Of a stretch of 64,000 nucleotides of DNA, positions 17,977-37,442 are shown in pieces. The notes under the pieces were generated by a model. That model was given only the letters and a program-made list of their open reading frames with translations, did not search any database and was not told the DNA's origin. The stretch lies in NCBI RefSeq assembly GCF_009914755.1, contig NC_060946.1; one strand, given 5' to 3'. Within the stretch, counting starts at the first letter, position 1. Each line of letters starts with the position of its first letter. The translations under genes and the position numbers were made by a program. The DNA is from the human T2T-CHM13v2.0 reference genome, Homo sapiens.

Positions 17977-20900
17977 TAGGGCAGCCCCAGTGCCTCTGCC
18001 AGAGTGGCTCTTCATTCTCCCCAGCTCACCCTGAGAGGAGAGCGGGAAATGACCAGCCCTGTGCACAGATGAGGGAAACTGAGACTCAGACTGGCGGAGG
18101 GGCAGAGGGGGTCAGAACCAGTCAGCAGACACTGGGCTCAGATCCCCCCGCCAGTGCCCCAAGGACACAGAGACACCAGACCCCCCAGTGTGCCGCGGCA
18201 GGGTCCACTGGGGCTGGGAGGAGCCCTCCTAGCCCCGCCTGGCCTCTGGGGTTCTGTCTTCTTTCCTGACCGTGCCTTGCCTGTCTCCTGCAGGCTGTGC
18301 TGTGGCCCAGGGCCCAGGACAGAGCAGGGTTTGCTGGACCGGTGACAGTCGCATCCTTGCCTGTGTCTGTGAGTTTGGCGGGCCTCGTCTGTGTTTCTCC
18401 TTGCTCTCATCAGGGGCTGGGAGACCGGGGTACTGCAGAGAGGGTGCCCTGGTCGCAGATACCAGGGGCACTCAACCAAGTCCCTGTGGGTCTTGGGTAA
18501 TTAATTAATCATTGGGCCGTTTAAAGATTAACAGCAGGACGGTGGGAGAATGGCTTAACTCATGATAGGGGCACGGAAGGGGAGCTTTCCCTGTCCCTGT
18601 CGACCCCTGGACTCTGTGATATGAGTTAGGGGGTATGGAGGCTGGCTCTGCACCCCCACCCCTTCCTTCCTGTCTGCCCACCATCCCCAGCCTCTCCTGG
18701 TCCCCAAGGAGGGGGGTTCTGAGCTCACAGTGAGGGGCTTGAGGCGTATAAGATGGGGCCAGAAAGTTCCAGGAGCAAGAACCAGCCGCAGTTGGGCTTC
18801 CCTCCACAGGCACTGGCTGGGCTGTGTGGCCTTAGGCGAGTCACTGCCCACTCTGAACCTCGTTTCAGAGGAGGGCACTCACAGCAGGTGGTTGCAGATG
18901 GGAAGAGAGGACGTCCACACTGTCCACGAGCTCAGCGCACAGTAGGTGCTCAGGACTTCCTCCCAGAGACTCGACACCCCAAGTCTTCGCGTTGTGCCCC
19001 CTCGTGTCAGAGCCACTCTCCTCTGAGAATAATAGTCAAGTTCATTCTAACCCCCAGGCAAGGGAAAGGGTCCCTTTCTCCAGGGCCAGGTGGGGAAGGT
19101 GAGTCAGCTTCCTCACCTGGGCTGATTCACACCTGTGTGGAGTGCGGGTGGGGAGGAGACAGAGACTATTCCTCCCTTCGCTCTGGGGCAGCCCATTCCA
19201 GCAGGCCTGAGCTGGAAGGGGGAGGGATTCAAGATGAACCAATACCCCCAGAAGGGGTGATATGGTCCCGAGGCCCAGAGAGGGGCGAAGATGCCTGCCC
19301 TCACACAGCACCTCAGAGGCAACACCACGGGCAGGGAGCCATGACCCTGCTCCTTTCCCCAGCTGCTCCTCCACTGTTAGGTAACAGAGCCCAGCCCCAC
19401 CTCCCACCAGCCCACCCAGCTGAGCCGGCCATCGCCCCTCCCTCCAAAGGTACCCAAGGGGTCAGTGAGCCCCTGTGACTCAGGGCGGGAAAGACCCGTG
19501 AAGTCATCCAGCGGCCGGGGCCACCTCCTGAGGCTGTCCTGGCCTCTGGTCTCACCGGCCTGGGAGTTCCCCAGCTGTCTGCTCCCCTGGCTGCAGGACA
19601 GAGGCAGCCGCCGGTGTGGATGGAGCATGACCTCAGAGGCTCCCAGCCCTTGGCTCAATGCCGTCGGCCCCAACTGCAGGCCTCAGAGGAGCAGGCCCCG
19701 GGCCCGCCCAGCGCCTTCCTCGTGGCCCCACCACGGAGAAGAGTGAAGGAGACACCTCGAACACAGTGTTGGCGCAGGGCCCAGGGCTTGGCTGGAGAGG
19801 GAGTCAGGGAACACTGTGATCATTTGTATGATCTGCGGGGCACCCACCTGAGCAGCCAAAGCTTCATCACTGTGCTCATCAGAAAGGCGACAAATGGTGT
19901 TGCCCAGGACCCAAGGCCCCAGACACTGGAGGAACAGGGACACAGGCTCAAATCTGACCTTCCCCAGCCTTGAGGCTTGGACCCCTTCACGCCCCCTCTC
20001 TGGACCCCTTCACGCCCCCTCTCTGGGCCTCAGTTTTCTCATCTGTCAAAGGAGCTGGTGACAGCTGCCTGGCCTGGTGGCTGGGAGGACAAAATCAGTG
20101 TCCCAGCAGGAAACAGACAAGGGGTATGCGAGGAAAAGATCTTAGAGACCTGGCTGAGGGGACTAGATCCAAGCTGTGCTAATGGCAGGAGCTATTTCCA
20201 ACCCGGAGCCGAGGGCTCTGACAGCCAGTGAGAGCTGGAGGCAGAAAGAGGGCTGAGAGACAGGAGCTACAGCTGTAGGGGCCGGCTGGGATGAGGAGGG
20301 AGCAGGGGTCACCCCACTTCTCCCCATGGCCCCCCTGTCTGCAGCGCCTCCCCCTGGCCAACCCCACTGCCCAGAGAGCCCAGTTCAGGGCACAGCCCGC
20401 GGGGAGGGGCCTGATGAAAATGGCTTCACAGCCACCTCTTACTGAGCACAGCCACGGCCAAGCTTCGTCCTGGGCCCTGGGGACACAGTGGTGCGCAAGA
20501 CAGCCCAAGACCCCATTCCACGAGGAGAGAAAGAGGGAGAGTGAAGGAGGTGAATTGGGCAGCAAGAGATGTTTTAATCCAAGGAAAACCCTACAGGGCG
20601 ATCAGAGACCCCTTACACAGACGAGGCCCCGACGGTTGGTGGCACAGGGAACCGACGCCTGCCCCCATCACTCTTCCAAGGCCCCACAGAGGTTGCTCAG
20701 GCTTGCAGGGGGTGGGGACCCAGGAAGGCTCGGTCAGCCAGCGCCTCCCTGGGCCATTCCAGGCTCTGAGCTGCCGTGTGGCGGGGTGGGCAGGCTGCCA
20801 GCCGAGGGAGCCCACCACAGGGGAGCCGTGTGCATTCCCAGACGGGCACATTCCCGGGCACATTCCTGCCGGGGAGCCACTCTGCCACCCGCACCGCCCC

Positions 20901-21744
20901 GCCCGCTCCCCGCACACAGTGCCCATTGTCTGCCCAGACACTTTGAGCTGCCGCCGCCCCCGGCCTCTGCCACATCCCCACGCCTCCCTTTCCCGGGTGG
21001 GGCTCCACAAGCCCAAGCACCCCTCTCCTGGTCCCCAGCCCTGAAGGGCACCTGCCATTTTTCTTGGAACCAAGGAAGGATTAGAGGAGGGAAGTGACTT
21101 GCCCCAAGTCACACAGGCCAAATCCAAATCCAAATCCCTGGACCCCCAGTGAATTACTCTTCCCTAAGAACCCTTCCTCCTCCCAACCCTACACCCCTGG
21201 GCTGCGGGGCACCCTGGCTCAACAGCTTAGACCCTGCCTCCTGAGCACCTGCTGTGGGCCAGGCCCTGTGCCGGCCCCTACAACCCTGCCTCCCTCACGG
21301 GGCCCAGCAGCCCTGCTGGGTGTGAATTTCCCCAATATCACACAGGACCAGGAAGCTGACTCAGGGCGGGGAGGAGTTTGCCAAGGCCACCCAGCGAGGA
21401 AGCCAGTGAGCCGAGATCCAGCCCGGCCCACGCGCTTTCCACCTCCTGCAGGGAACAGTACAGGGCAGAGCCTGCTGGGGTGGGAGGGACTGTGGGAGTG
21501 TCCAGGGGAGAAAGTGGTGTCCAAACAAAGCCTTGAGGGGAAGGGCCCTGCTCCACAAAGGCGGGCTGGTTTGCTGAAGCCGGGTAGGCCTTTGTTTGCT
21601 CATTCACCCAGCATGTGGATCCAAGCCCTAGACGAGGCACCGGGCTAGGATACAGGTGAGATACAGGGTGAGGAGTCAGGACAGCCTGACTTCAGGCAGA
21701 TGGGTCAGATAATATGCACTCCCCAGGTGATAAAACCAGGGGGT

Positions 21745-22071
<327 letters not shown>

Positions 22072-23984
22072 TCAAGCCCCCCTTCCTTCCCACTCCCTAC
22101 CCCTGGTTTCCATCTCTCCTTAGCGCTCATGGGGCTGGTTCTAACCCACTTCCATGCCCATCAGTAGAGAGTCACTCTACTGAACTTCCCGGCTAAGAGG
22201 TTTTGCAGGCGCTGTTCCCTCCCACTGCTGACACCCTTCCCCAGGGAGCCTCAGGGCTTCTCCCTCGCTTCCTTCAGGGCCCTGTTCAAACAAGACCACC
22301 CTATAAAAATAGCAACTCCACGCCCACCCCCGCATGCAGTACGCATCTCCCCCTGACCCTGCACCCTTATTCTGGCTCTTCCCATGATCTGGTTTCCCAC
22401 TTATTTACTTGCTTTTCATGTTTAATGTCTGCCCTCCCATCACCCCCACTAGAATGGAAGGTGTATGAGAGCTGGGATTTTTATCTGTTTTGCTGTATGA
22501 AGTAGATGAGGGAAGAATCAAGACTGATGATAAGATTATTTCAACTCAACATACCAGTAAAACCGGCTCCAAGATCAAGACAGAGAATATTTCCAGCCCC
22601 GAGAAGCTGCCCTGGCTCTCCTTCTGGTCAGTACCCACCCCTGCCCCCAAGGGTAACCACTCTCCTGTCACCAGGAGCCCACCCGGTCTGGACCTTCCTG
22701 TCAGTGAGACCAGCGTGTGATTTTTTGCAGGCGTGGGCTTTCTGCACTCGGCATGAGCTCCGCCCCTGCTGCTGCCTGTAGCCAGGGTGACCAGTGGGCT
22801 TTTACCTTAAGCAGCAGGTAGACAGTGGGGCTGGTGACAGCTGCGGGGATCCAGAGTTCTGGGAGGTGTGGCGGACCAGCTGGGCCCAGGACTGGGGTTG
22901 GAGGTGAAAGTCAGGCAACGTCAGCTCATCGACAGCATTTCAAGCCGTGGAATTTGAGTACTATTGAGCTGGCCGTGCCACTGATGGAATCGTTTCTTGC
23001 TGCTGCAAAATTGAGAGCCACATGCTACAGGTCAGGCCTTCTGCCCCCCTATCCGCTGTGAGGTGCTTGAAGGACTGGTTTGGAAACAGACCCCTATTTC
23101 AGAAGCAGAGTTGAGGCTTAGCAAGGGAGAATGACTGGCCCAAAGTCACTCGGCTGGTAGGTTTGGGCCAGGACTCCTCGCTCCGCACTGGACACCCCTG
23201 CACTGCCTTCTGGGTGTGCCAGGTTGGCATGGGGAGGCTGGGCTCACACCCAAATCAGGACATAGCCTATCGTGAGGGTCTGGGTGAGCTGGGAGGTGTT
23301 CAGAATAGAAGAGCAACCCATGAAGGCTCCCCGGAGGAAGCAGGCCTGGCGCTGAGTCACAGGAGCCTGGGGCAGGGTAACCCCCACCTGAAGTCACTGT
23401 CTCCCCAGCAGTGACATCATTAGCAAGCCAGAATGCGCAGGGCATACAGCTGGAGGACCAGGCAAGCTGAGGCGGGGGCCAAGTGGGTAGTTCGGGGCCA
23501 ACCCCCATCAGCGGCCAATGGCCTCTAGAAGATGGCTGGGCCTCACACGCCTTGGAAACCAGAGCGAGAGGCCATCAGGGTGGGGAAGGCAGCCCATCAC
23601 CTCCTGTCCAAGTGCCTCATTTTACAGGTAGAGGAACTGAGGCCTGAGGCAGGTCATGACTATCCCAGGATTACACGGCAAGTGAGGGGCGGATGCAGGA
23701 GAGGGGCCCAGGCCTCCTCCCTCCCAACAGTGTTCTGTCTACCCTCCAAGTTCTGTCTCGCCCAGCCAAGGGCCACTCTGCTCCCGCACTGCTGGGCTGG
23801 GGTGGTGGAAGAGATGGGAAAGTGGAAGAAGGCAGGGGCTGTGTTCAGAAGGGGCCCCTGAGGCTATGAGGATGGTCCATGCCCTCAGGGAGTCAGGCTG
23901 GTGGAGGGGGAGGGAGCACAACTCAGAACTCATCTTCCTCCCCAACACGCTCCTCCCACAGTCCTATCTCCTCACCAGGCCCAG

Positions 23985-25015
<1,031 letters not shown>

Positions 25016-27501
25016 ATGCTGCGCCTGGCTTCAAAGTCCTGCCCTCTCCCATCCCGCAGCTACAGGGGGTCCTGGCTGATCTGTCTTCCTCCAGGCCAGT
25101 TCCAGCCTCTCCCCTTCTCCTTGGCCTCTCATTACGCAAGCCTCCGCTAAGACAGCTCCTCCAAGAGACCCTCCAGATCTCCCCAACCCCCCATCTCCCT
25201 GTAGAAGCAGCCCAGCCACTCGCTGACCCAGCACCCACTGGATTTGTGTCTTTGCACAAACCTCTCTGCGCTAATCTTCCAGATTGTGTCTGTCCTCACG
25301 CTAGACTGGAAGCCCTGTGTGGTGTGGGCAGGACTTCTCTCTGTCCCACTCATGATGTCTCTCCAGCACCTAGGGCAGTGCCTGGCATATAGTAGATGCT
25401 CAGTAAATACTTGAGCGAATGAGTCCATAGGAGGGCACAGGACTCTAAACTTGTTATCTATCATCTGTGCCCATGCAAGGAAAAGAAGTGTTGGGGGCAT
25501 GGTCAGAACCCATCCCCCGTTCTCCCCCAGCCCACCCCAGCCTGTTCTGCCAGCCCCAGGCCGGGGCTCCCTCCCCAACTCTCCCTCAGTCCAGACTTCC
25601 AGCATGTGCTTGGTCCTTCCCACAGCAACCCCTTCCCTTGGGGCTGGTGGGGAACAGGCGGGAGGAATTCCTGGCCCCGAGTCAGAGGAGGTGCCCCGGC
25701 AGGCAGGCGGGAGGCAGCGCACACACGCCAGGGACTGCTCCAAATTCCAGCTCCCACGGGCCGCTGGGAGCCCGCCAGGCAGGGCTGGGGAAGGGCAGGG
25801 AGCCCCTCCTCGCAGGAGCCAGGAGGGCACGGGAAGCCTACCGCAGGACAAGGGAAGAAGTCAGCGTGGAGACAGGGCGGGAGGGCCGGCCTGATGGCCC
25901 ACCACTCCCAGCACCCAGATGGGAAGACTGAGGCCTCCTGACAGCAAACTCTGAGCTCCTGACTCCTCCCAGGCCAAAGACCTGAAGCGGCCAGTAGTGC
26001 ATGGGGAGAGGGTTGGCTGTGACCAGAGACCAAACATTCAGGGATGAAGCAGGGGCGTCTGAGGGCCGATTAACAGGAGACCCATGGAAAGAGCCCCAGA
26101 CTGGCTGTGGGGAGTCCTGGGCTACCCCAGCTCTCAGTCAGACCAGGAGGAGGCCCTGCCCCTGGCTGCAGGGCCTGGACGCCCCACTTGCCCAAGGCAG
26201 CCCCAGCACGTTCTGCCACTGGGAGTTCAGTGGGGCAACAGGAGAGGAGTCTCAGGGGAGGGCAGGGGAGGGCAGGGGAGGGCAGAGCTCCCGGGAGGCT
26301 CTCAGCCAGGCCTCTTCTGAGTCCTCTTCCTGTCCCTGCCCCCTCCCCTTCCTGGGTCAGGGCCAGGTGCGATGGGCTCAGGCAGCAGTCCCTCCCCAGC
26401 TGTCAGCGCTGGAGCTGCCGCCAACACCCACACCGGCACACCTGGCCTGCCCTGTGCCACACTGCCACCCGGCCACCACCCCTTTCCCAGCTCCTCCCTG
26501 GGCCCCACCAGCTCTTACGGCGCCCTCGGCCCACAGTGTGGTATCTGAACTCTGGACAGCTGGATCCAGACTTCCAGAACCACAGTGCCTTTGAACTAGA
26601 GAATCCTAGAACAACACATTCTTACAACCAGAAAATTCCGGGACCATCGACTACTGGGATATTTTCCATTCTAGTCCCAAGAATTCGTAGAACTAAATAA
26701 TTTCAGGAATGCGTATCTTACAAACGAAGATCAGACCATGGAAACTAGGACTTCTAATTTCAGGAGCGAGGGCTCTTAATTCTCAAGTAACAATCCCATT
26801 GTCCCAGAGGATAGAAGCCCCATGTTCTTCACACCACCCAGACTAACAGACACCCAGGAGCAGAGCACGGCGCTTTGGTTGGGGGCCATTCACAAGGCCT
26901 GTACCTTGTGAGCCTGCGCCTGGAACAGAGAAGGCAGGAAGGGACAGGGGAAGAGAGAGGGCACCTCTGAGCAAACTGGAGGCGCTGAGGGCCTCTCCTC
27001 CAGGCCCAGGGAGGCTCCCTCCACCTTGGCCAAGAGAGGGGAAACGAAGAGAAAAAACGCAGTTGATGCCACAGGGTTTGGGCGGCGGGTGTGTGGTCAC
27101 CGGGGGTGGCAGGAGCTCTCTCCTTCCTGGCGGGAGTTTGGAATTTTCTCCTGGCAGGAAGGGCCCACCCTCCCAGGAATGGAAAACACTCCTTGGCAGC
27201 TGGCCCCTGAGGCTTGCAAGGTCTTTGACAATCAAAGGCGATTGTCCTCCCTGCCTGACCCCCAGCACAGTGCAGGGGGGAGACCGAGGCAGATTCTCCG
27301 TCTAAATCAAGAATCTGAATCTGCCTCTGGCGGATTCCATTCTTGCCCATCTGTGATCGTGGAATGTCAGAGCCCAAGAGAGACACAGGGGTGGGGCCAG
27401 GTGAGTCCCTGCCAGGGCAGGTGGGAGCTGAGACCAGAGAGGGCAGTGGTTTGCCTGAAGTCACTCAGCAGGCTGAGGAGGTCTCTTATTGGCTCCACTG
27501 A

Positions 27502-27890
<389 letters not shown>

Positions 27891-29448
27891 CTGGCCCTGT
27901 TTTCTAAGTGTTTGGTATGAGTGTCTCACCTTCCTGACCTGGGCTGTGATGGTGCCTCCCCATCAGCCTGGAACCAGATGGAAACCATGAGCTGAGGCCT
28001 CCGAGCCCCTGCTCAAAAACCTCCCATGGCTCTGCACGGCTCCAGGACAAAGTCCAATGCAGCCTGGCACTTGGGGGAGGTGGAACATGTGGCTGCACTC
28101 CAGCCCCATCCCTTGGTCCCACTGGGCATGGGTATCCCCGAGTTTCTCACAGCCCTCACCCATCCATCTCTCCCCCTGCAGGCTTGACCCTTGCTGCCCT
28201 GTCCCTGTGGCCACTTTCTCTTCTTCCTCTTTCCTGGCCTGTTCAGCCTCCCCTGAGACCGCCTTCCTCCGGGCTCCCTGCCTGGGGTGGGACCCCTCCC
28301 CAGCTTGCCTCCCCAGCTTGCCTCCCCAGCCCTCACACCACTGCACAGCACTGGCGGCCTCTCCCTCTGCCTGGCGCCCCCTCCCTGAGGCTGGCCTGGG
28401 TCTCGCTCACACTGGATCTTAGACTGACGCCCGTGGTGAATGTGAGCTGACGGCCAAATGTGGGTCTCAGCCGCTCACACGCCTTCATTCATCAAATCCT
28501 GGCAACAACAGGAGGTGGCCTGTTAATTAAAATTAGCCAAGCATGGCGGCAGGAGCCTCAGCATGTCCATTTCTCAGATGATGAGACTGAGGCACAGTGT
28601 GGTTAAATCACTTCCTCAAGGTCACGCAGGAAGTGGTGCAGCTGGGAATGGAACCCTGAAAGTCCGCTCCAGAGTTTACACGCATCTTGTCCTCTTAGGT
28701 CACTCTGCCCCAGGGGAAAAGGACAGAAGCACCCAGCCCCACAGCTCTGCGGAACCAGAACCCCTGTCTGGAACCCCTGGGCCAGAGACCACCTAGCTCT
28801 GCCCCCTGAGGCTCTGAGAGGTCCCTGGTTCCAGAATCCACTGCCCCCCACCCCACAATATACACTCACACAGACAGACATGCAGACACACAAGTCACAC
28901 ACAGACCCAGACACATGCCCTGGGCTCCGGACCGGCTGCAGGAAGCACGCAGCTGCCCGAGCCTTTTTCACTTCAGCTTTTCCTAAATTTGCTTTGAGGA
29001 AGTTGCTGCACCTTGGAGTTCTCCCCGGTCTCTCACGCGCTCCAGACCACATCTCCCCCGCCCTCCCTTCTCTGGAAGCCTGGAGAACAGAGACCCAAAT
29101 AAAGGGCCCTGCCCTAGTGGGACTCGGGGAGACACGCAGTGACCATGACACAGAAGTGCATCCTGCTGCCGGTGGCAGGCGACAGTGCCTGGAACAGAGG
29201 AGGCAGAGTGGGGTGCGGGGTCAGGAGCCCTGGGGCAGCAAGGTTGCAGCTGAGAAAGTGGCCTCTGCAAATTTCCAGGGACGAGCATTCCAAGAATCGG
29301 GGAGAGCCAGTGCAAAGGCGCCCGAGGCGGTGGCCAGCCTGCTGCATTGCAGGAACAGAGAGGAGACCTGTGTGGCCATGAGGCCTGGGAGGAGCGGGTC
29401 CTGGGCACTGTGGTGGCCTGAGCTCTCACTCTGCATCCAGCAGAGCTA

Positions 29449-29955
<507 letters not shown>

Positions 29956-30708
29956 TCACCTCATTCATTCTTAGTTTATGCGTGCGTGCCTTCAGGCAAT
30001 GGGTCTTTCAACAAACGTTCATTGAACTCCTACGATGTGCTCAGCACTGTGCTGGGTGCAGAGGGTACAAAAAAGGCAAGACAGACACAACCCGGGACCC
30101 AAGGAGGTCCCCGCTTGGCTGGGAAGATGGACGTGGAGCACAAAGTGGGGAGGGAGAAGCAGAGAGTGCAAAAGAGCAAACATCAGGCAACCCCGATGCA
30201 GGTGGGGGTCAGGGAAGGCTTCCAGGAGGAGGTGACATTGGAGCCAAGCCCGGAAGGGCAAGTTGGGGTTCCCACCACAGACAAGAGGGAATGGCATTCT
30301 GGGCAGGAAGAATGGCCACACAGGAGCTCTGAGCATTGGCCTCCTGCTTCCCCAAGGGGCTTCCTCTCCTCTACCTCCCCAGGTAGACGAGCCCAGAGGA
30401 GCCTGGCTGTGGAGCCCAGTTTCTTCTCCTGTGAAATGGGGGTGACCTTTGTGCCTGCCGCCCCCTTCCTCAGGTGTGAGGAGCAAATGGACCATGCATG
30501 ACAAGAGCAGGTGCAATGCCTGGCTCATGGGGCACAACGAGCCATGAGATCCACTTCCCACGCCCACCCACCCATCCAGGATGGAGAAGTGAGTACCCTG
30601 GGATGAGGTCCAATGGAAGATCTCAGGGAAGGCCTCCCACAGCCCACCCGCAAGTATCTCCCTAACTCACTGCCTGCTGTGCCTGAAGTCTCTCTCACAA
30701 ACTCATTC

Positions 30709-31197
30709 CGAGGTAGGAGGTCGGACTTGACTCCAGAGGCACAGCTCAGACACTGGACCAAATTGAGGACTAGCTAAAACAGGTCGGTGAAGCACCTCCC
30801 CCTAAGACACGCCCACCAGTGTGCCATATCAGTTTACCATTGCCATGGCAACTCCCTGAAATTGCCAACCTCTTCTATAGCATTGACCTAACAACTCAGA
30901 AGTTGCCCCCTTGTCCTGTAAATTTCTGCATAACCCGCCCCTTCATTTGCATATAATTAAAGTAGGTATAAATATGAGGGCAACCCTGCTTCTGAGCTGC
31001 TGGTCTGGGCCCACTGCCTATGGGGTACCCCTGCTCCAGGAAGAGCGAGACCTCTGCTGCTACTGTACACTGTCACTTCAGTGAAAGGTGCTGTTTAACA
31101 CCATCTGCTCGCCCTTGAATTCTTTCCTGGGAGAAGCCAAGAACCCTCCAAGGCTAAGCCCTAATTTGGCCAGCCCTTTCTTGTCCTGCATCAATCA
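30709..31197 (+). mobile_element. Solo ERV1 LTR (LTR19/MER41-group)
   Basis: (T/C)GAGGTAGGAGG...GACTAGCTAAAACAGG...GCCAAGAACCCT...CA, with 4-bp TSD ATTC (30705-30708 and 31198-31201) and TATAAATA at 30967. Confidence 0.78.
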
Positions 31198-31434
31198 ATT
31201 CCTTGGCATCATGAATGCCCACCCTTCCTGTTCAGGTTAACCCTGGCAGGGCATTGCTCAGCCTTCACAGCTCAGCTCAAGCCCCCTCTTTCAGGAAGCC
31301 TTCCCTGATTGCTAGAGCCCACAGCATCTCTCTGTCAGTCTTTTCACTCTGTACTTCCTTTGAGCTTTGGAGTCCCAGCCTCACAGCTGAAAGGGCTCTG
31401 AGAAATTGTGCAACCCTGCCCTCCCTCAGCCTGA

Positions 31435-32820
<1,386 letters not shown>

Positions 32821-33418
32821 TCAAAGTCTGCCAACTCCTGAATTCAAGGCCTCGTGTAAAACAAGCTCACCCAAACAGGGGTTTCATAGGAGCGGCTGGT
32901 AGGCGCTTCATTCGTCCCTCTGTCCCAGTCTCTTCCACCTCCCAGTTCTTCACTGAGCACCTACTGTGTGCTGGACCCTGCTGGCTGCCAGGCCTGCAGA
33001 GGTAACCCTGAGACAGAGGCTGGGGAGGGCCATGGTGGGAGGGCAGCAGCTTTGCAGCTCCAGCCTGTTGCCGCCAGATCACCCTATTGCCTAAAGAAGC
33101 TGGAAATGTGAGTTCTGCGTGAAAGCAAAGGTCAGTACCCTTTAATTTTCTTTTGCAACTCTGAGGACCAAACAAAGCATAACTGCGAGCTGGGCTGGCC
33201 CTTGAGCTGCCAATTGCCAGCCCAGGCAGCTCTTTTCCACGCACCACACCAGGATTGTAGACAGGGACACCGAGGCACAGGTGGAAGGGCGACTCTGGTG
33301 GTCTCGCACGGCTGAGGCACAGCAGCCTGGGATGAGCTGGCAGGCTGCAGCCGCCTAGTGAAGAGCCTTGAATGCCTGTTGGTGCCTAATAAAGGTTGGT
33401 AACGGTGACATATGAATA

Positions 33419-34916
<1,498 letters not shown>

Positions 34917-36242
34917 TAAATGAATGTGCAATGTGGAGCCAGGGAAGCTGCTGAGGCGGGAGGTCCTGCCTCTGATTAAATGTATATGAGAAACGCTGGG
35001 AATAGTGGTTCCCAGGAAGCAAGAGGGAAGCACTGGGCATTGGGCTGGATCTTGTGTCTGTCACTCCAGATCCTCAAGCCGCCCTTTCACCCACTTCTCT
35101 GTGCCCCAGGATGCTGACTTCTGGGGACTATATCAACTAAACTCCCTTGCCACTTCCAGCTGGGTTCAGCCATTGGTGTCACCAGCAGAACAGAAGGTTG
35201 GGGTCAGTGCTGTGCTGGTAAATGTCTAACAAGCAGCTCCCTGGAGGAATGGCCCTGATCTCTAGTGTCTGCCTGTTTCCCTGATGTAAATATTCCTGCT
35301 GCGGGTGGAGATGGTGTCACAGATGGATGGGGGATGACATGGTGTCTTCATCATAGGCTCTGGTGTTGCCAAGCCAGTGTGTCCATAGGCCCTGGGCCAT
35401 GGGGGAAGATGGCGTGGCGTGTCAATGTCCAGGTGTGTTCCCAGCTGCTGGCATGAGGATGAGCTGGGGCTTTCACACCAGCTGGTCCTCCTCTGTGCTT
35501 GGATCCCCATCTATCAAGTGGGGGTGACAGGCAGCTCCTTGCTGCCCCCTGTTGAGGGGTTTCTGTGCAGTAAGGCACACAGTCCTGCCTGGCCCAGTGC
35601 CTGGGGCCCGTGAGTCTTCAGTAACAGCGGCCATGGTGGTGACCATCGCCTGGGTCCCTGCTTATGCCCCGGGCTGGCTGACCAGGCTCAAGGATGGCCT
35701 GGGGTGGAGGTCTGCTGGAGAAGCCCACTGGGGAGGAGACAGCGGCCAGTAGGATGGGGAAGTTGGCGAGGCAGCTATCTTTAGTGCCTTCCCTCACAGC
35801 CGTTTTCCTCTGCCGGGCTAAGCAGGACTCTGGTGGGGACCGGGTGGGGAGGGGTCACTTCTCCATAGTCACATGAAGCCCAGTGACCTGAAGACCAGCT
35901 GTGCAGGCTCAGGGCCCAGCAAGGGTGGGGCTGGCTGTGGTACCGGGCTCCAGGAGACCTCATCCGTAAAGAAGCAGGGGCCCACTGTAGGAGCCTGGGA
36001 GAGGGTAGGGGGCCAAGGAGCATTGGGGGTCGCAGTGGCTGCTGGGAAACAGTGTCCCTCCAGTCCTCACCCAGAGCTTTCGCAGCCCTCCTGCACCAGG
36101 ACAGCGTGGTGTGATGGTTGTGCGCTCGTGTCTGGAGCCTGGATTTTATATCCCCGCCTCGCCACTCCAAGAGTCTGACCTCGGAGACTGTGACTTAACC
36201 TTGCTGAGCCTCAATTTCCTCCCTGTGAAAACAGAAGTGATG

Positions 36243-36990
<748 letters not shown>

Positions 36991-37442
36991 AGGTAACTCT
37001 GAAAAGAGTTGAGTACAAACCTTGGCACACCGTAGGTGCTCAACAAATGAGCCCTCTCCTTCACCCTTGAGGCAGCATTCATTGGCTTTACCGACCCCTG
37101 GTAGCCTAGAGTGAGGGTGAAGAGATGCCTGGGCTCACGTCCCAACCCCACCAATCATACAGCATCCCTGGGCAAGTTATTCATCCACAAGCCCCAGTTT
37201 CTTACTGTAAAATGTGATCATAACAGAACCTGCCTCAAGGAGTGAGCCTGATGACTTTTTCTCTGTGTGAAATGCTCAGTGCCTAATACAGAGCAAGATG
37301 CTCACAATGATTGCCGCCTGCTGTCCCGCGCACTGCCTTGACCTGTGAGTGCTGCTGATTGTGGGTGAGCGGCTGGTGAGGTTGGGCTCTGGATGGTTCC
37401 TGGATGCTCCCTTCCTCCCTCACTCTCAGGCCCGTGGAGTTA

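Noticed and set aside
18753-21648. Long ORFs of 241 aa (18753..19478), 268 aa (20291..21097) and 184 aa
   Set aside because: Pro/Gly/Arg-rich and overlapping on both strands, which is expected in GC-rich DNA. No recognisable domain or exon structure.
26570-26830. AT-richer island with recurring TAGAA and TAATTTCAGGA words
   Set aside because: No clear periodicity; probably a decayed ancient repeat tail that cannot be assigned by eye.
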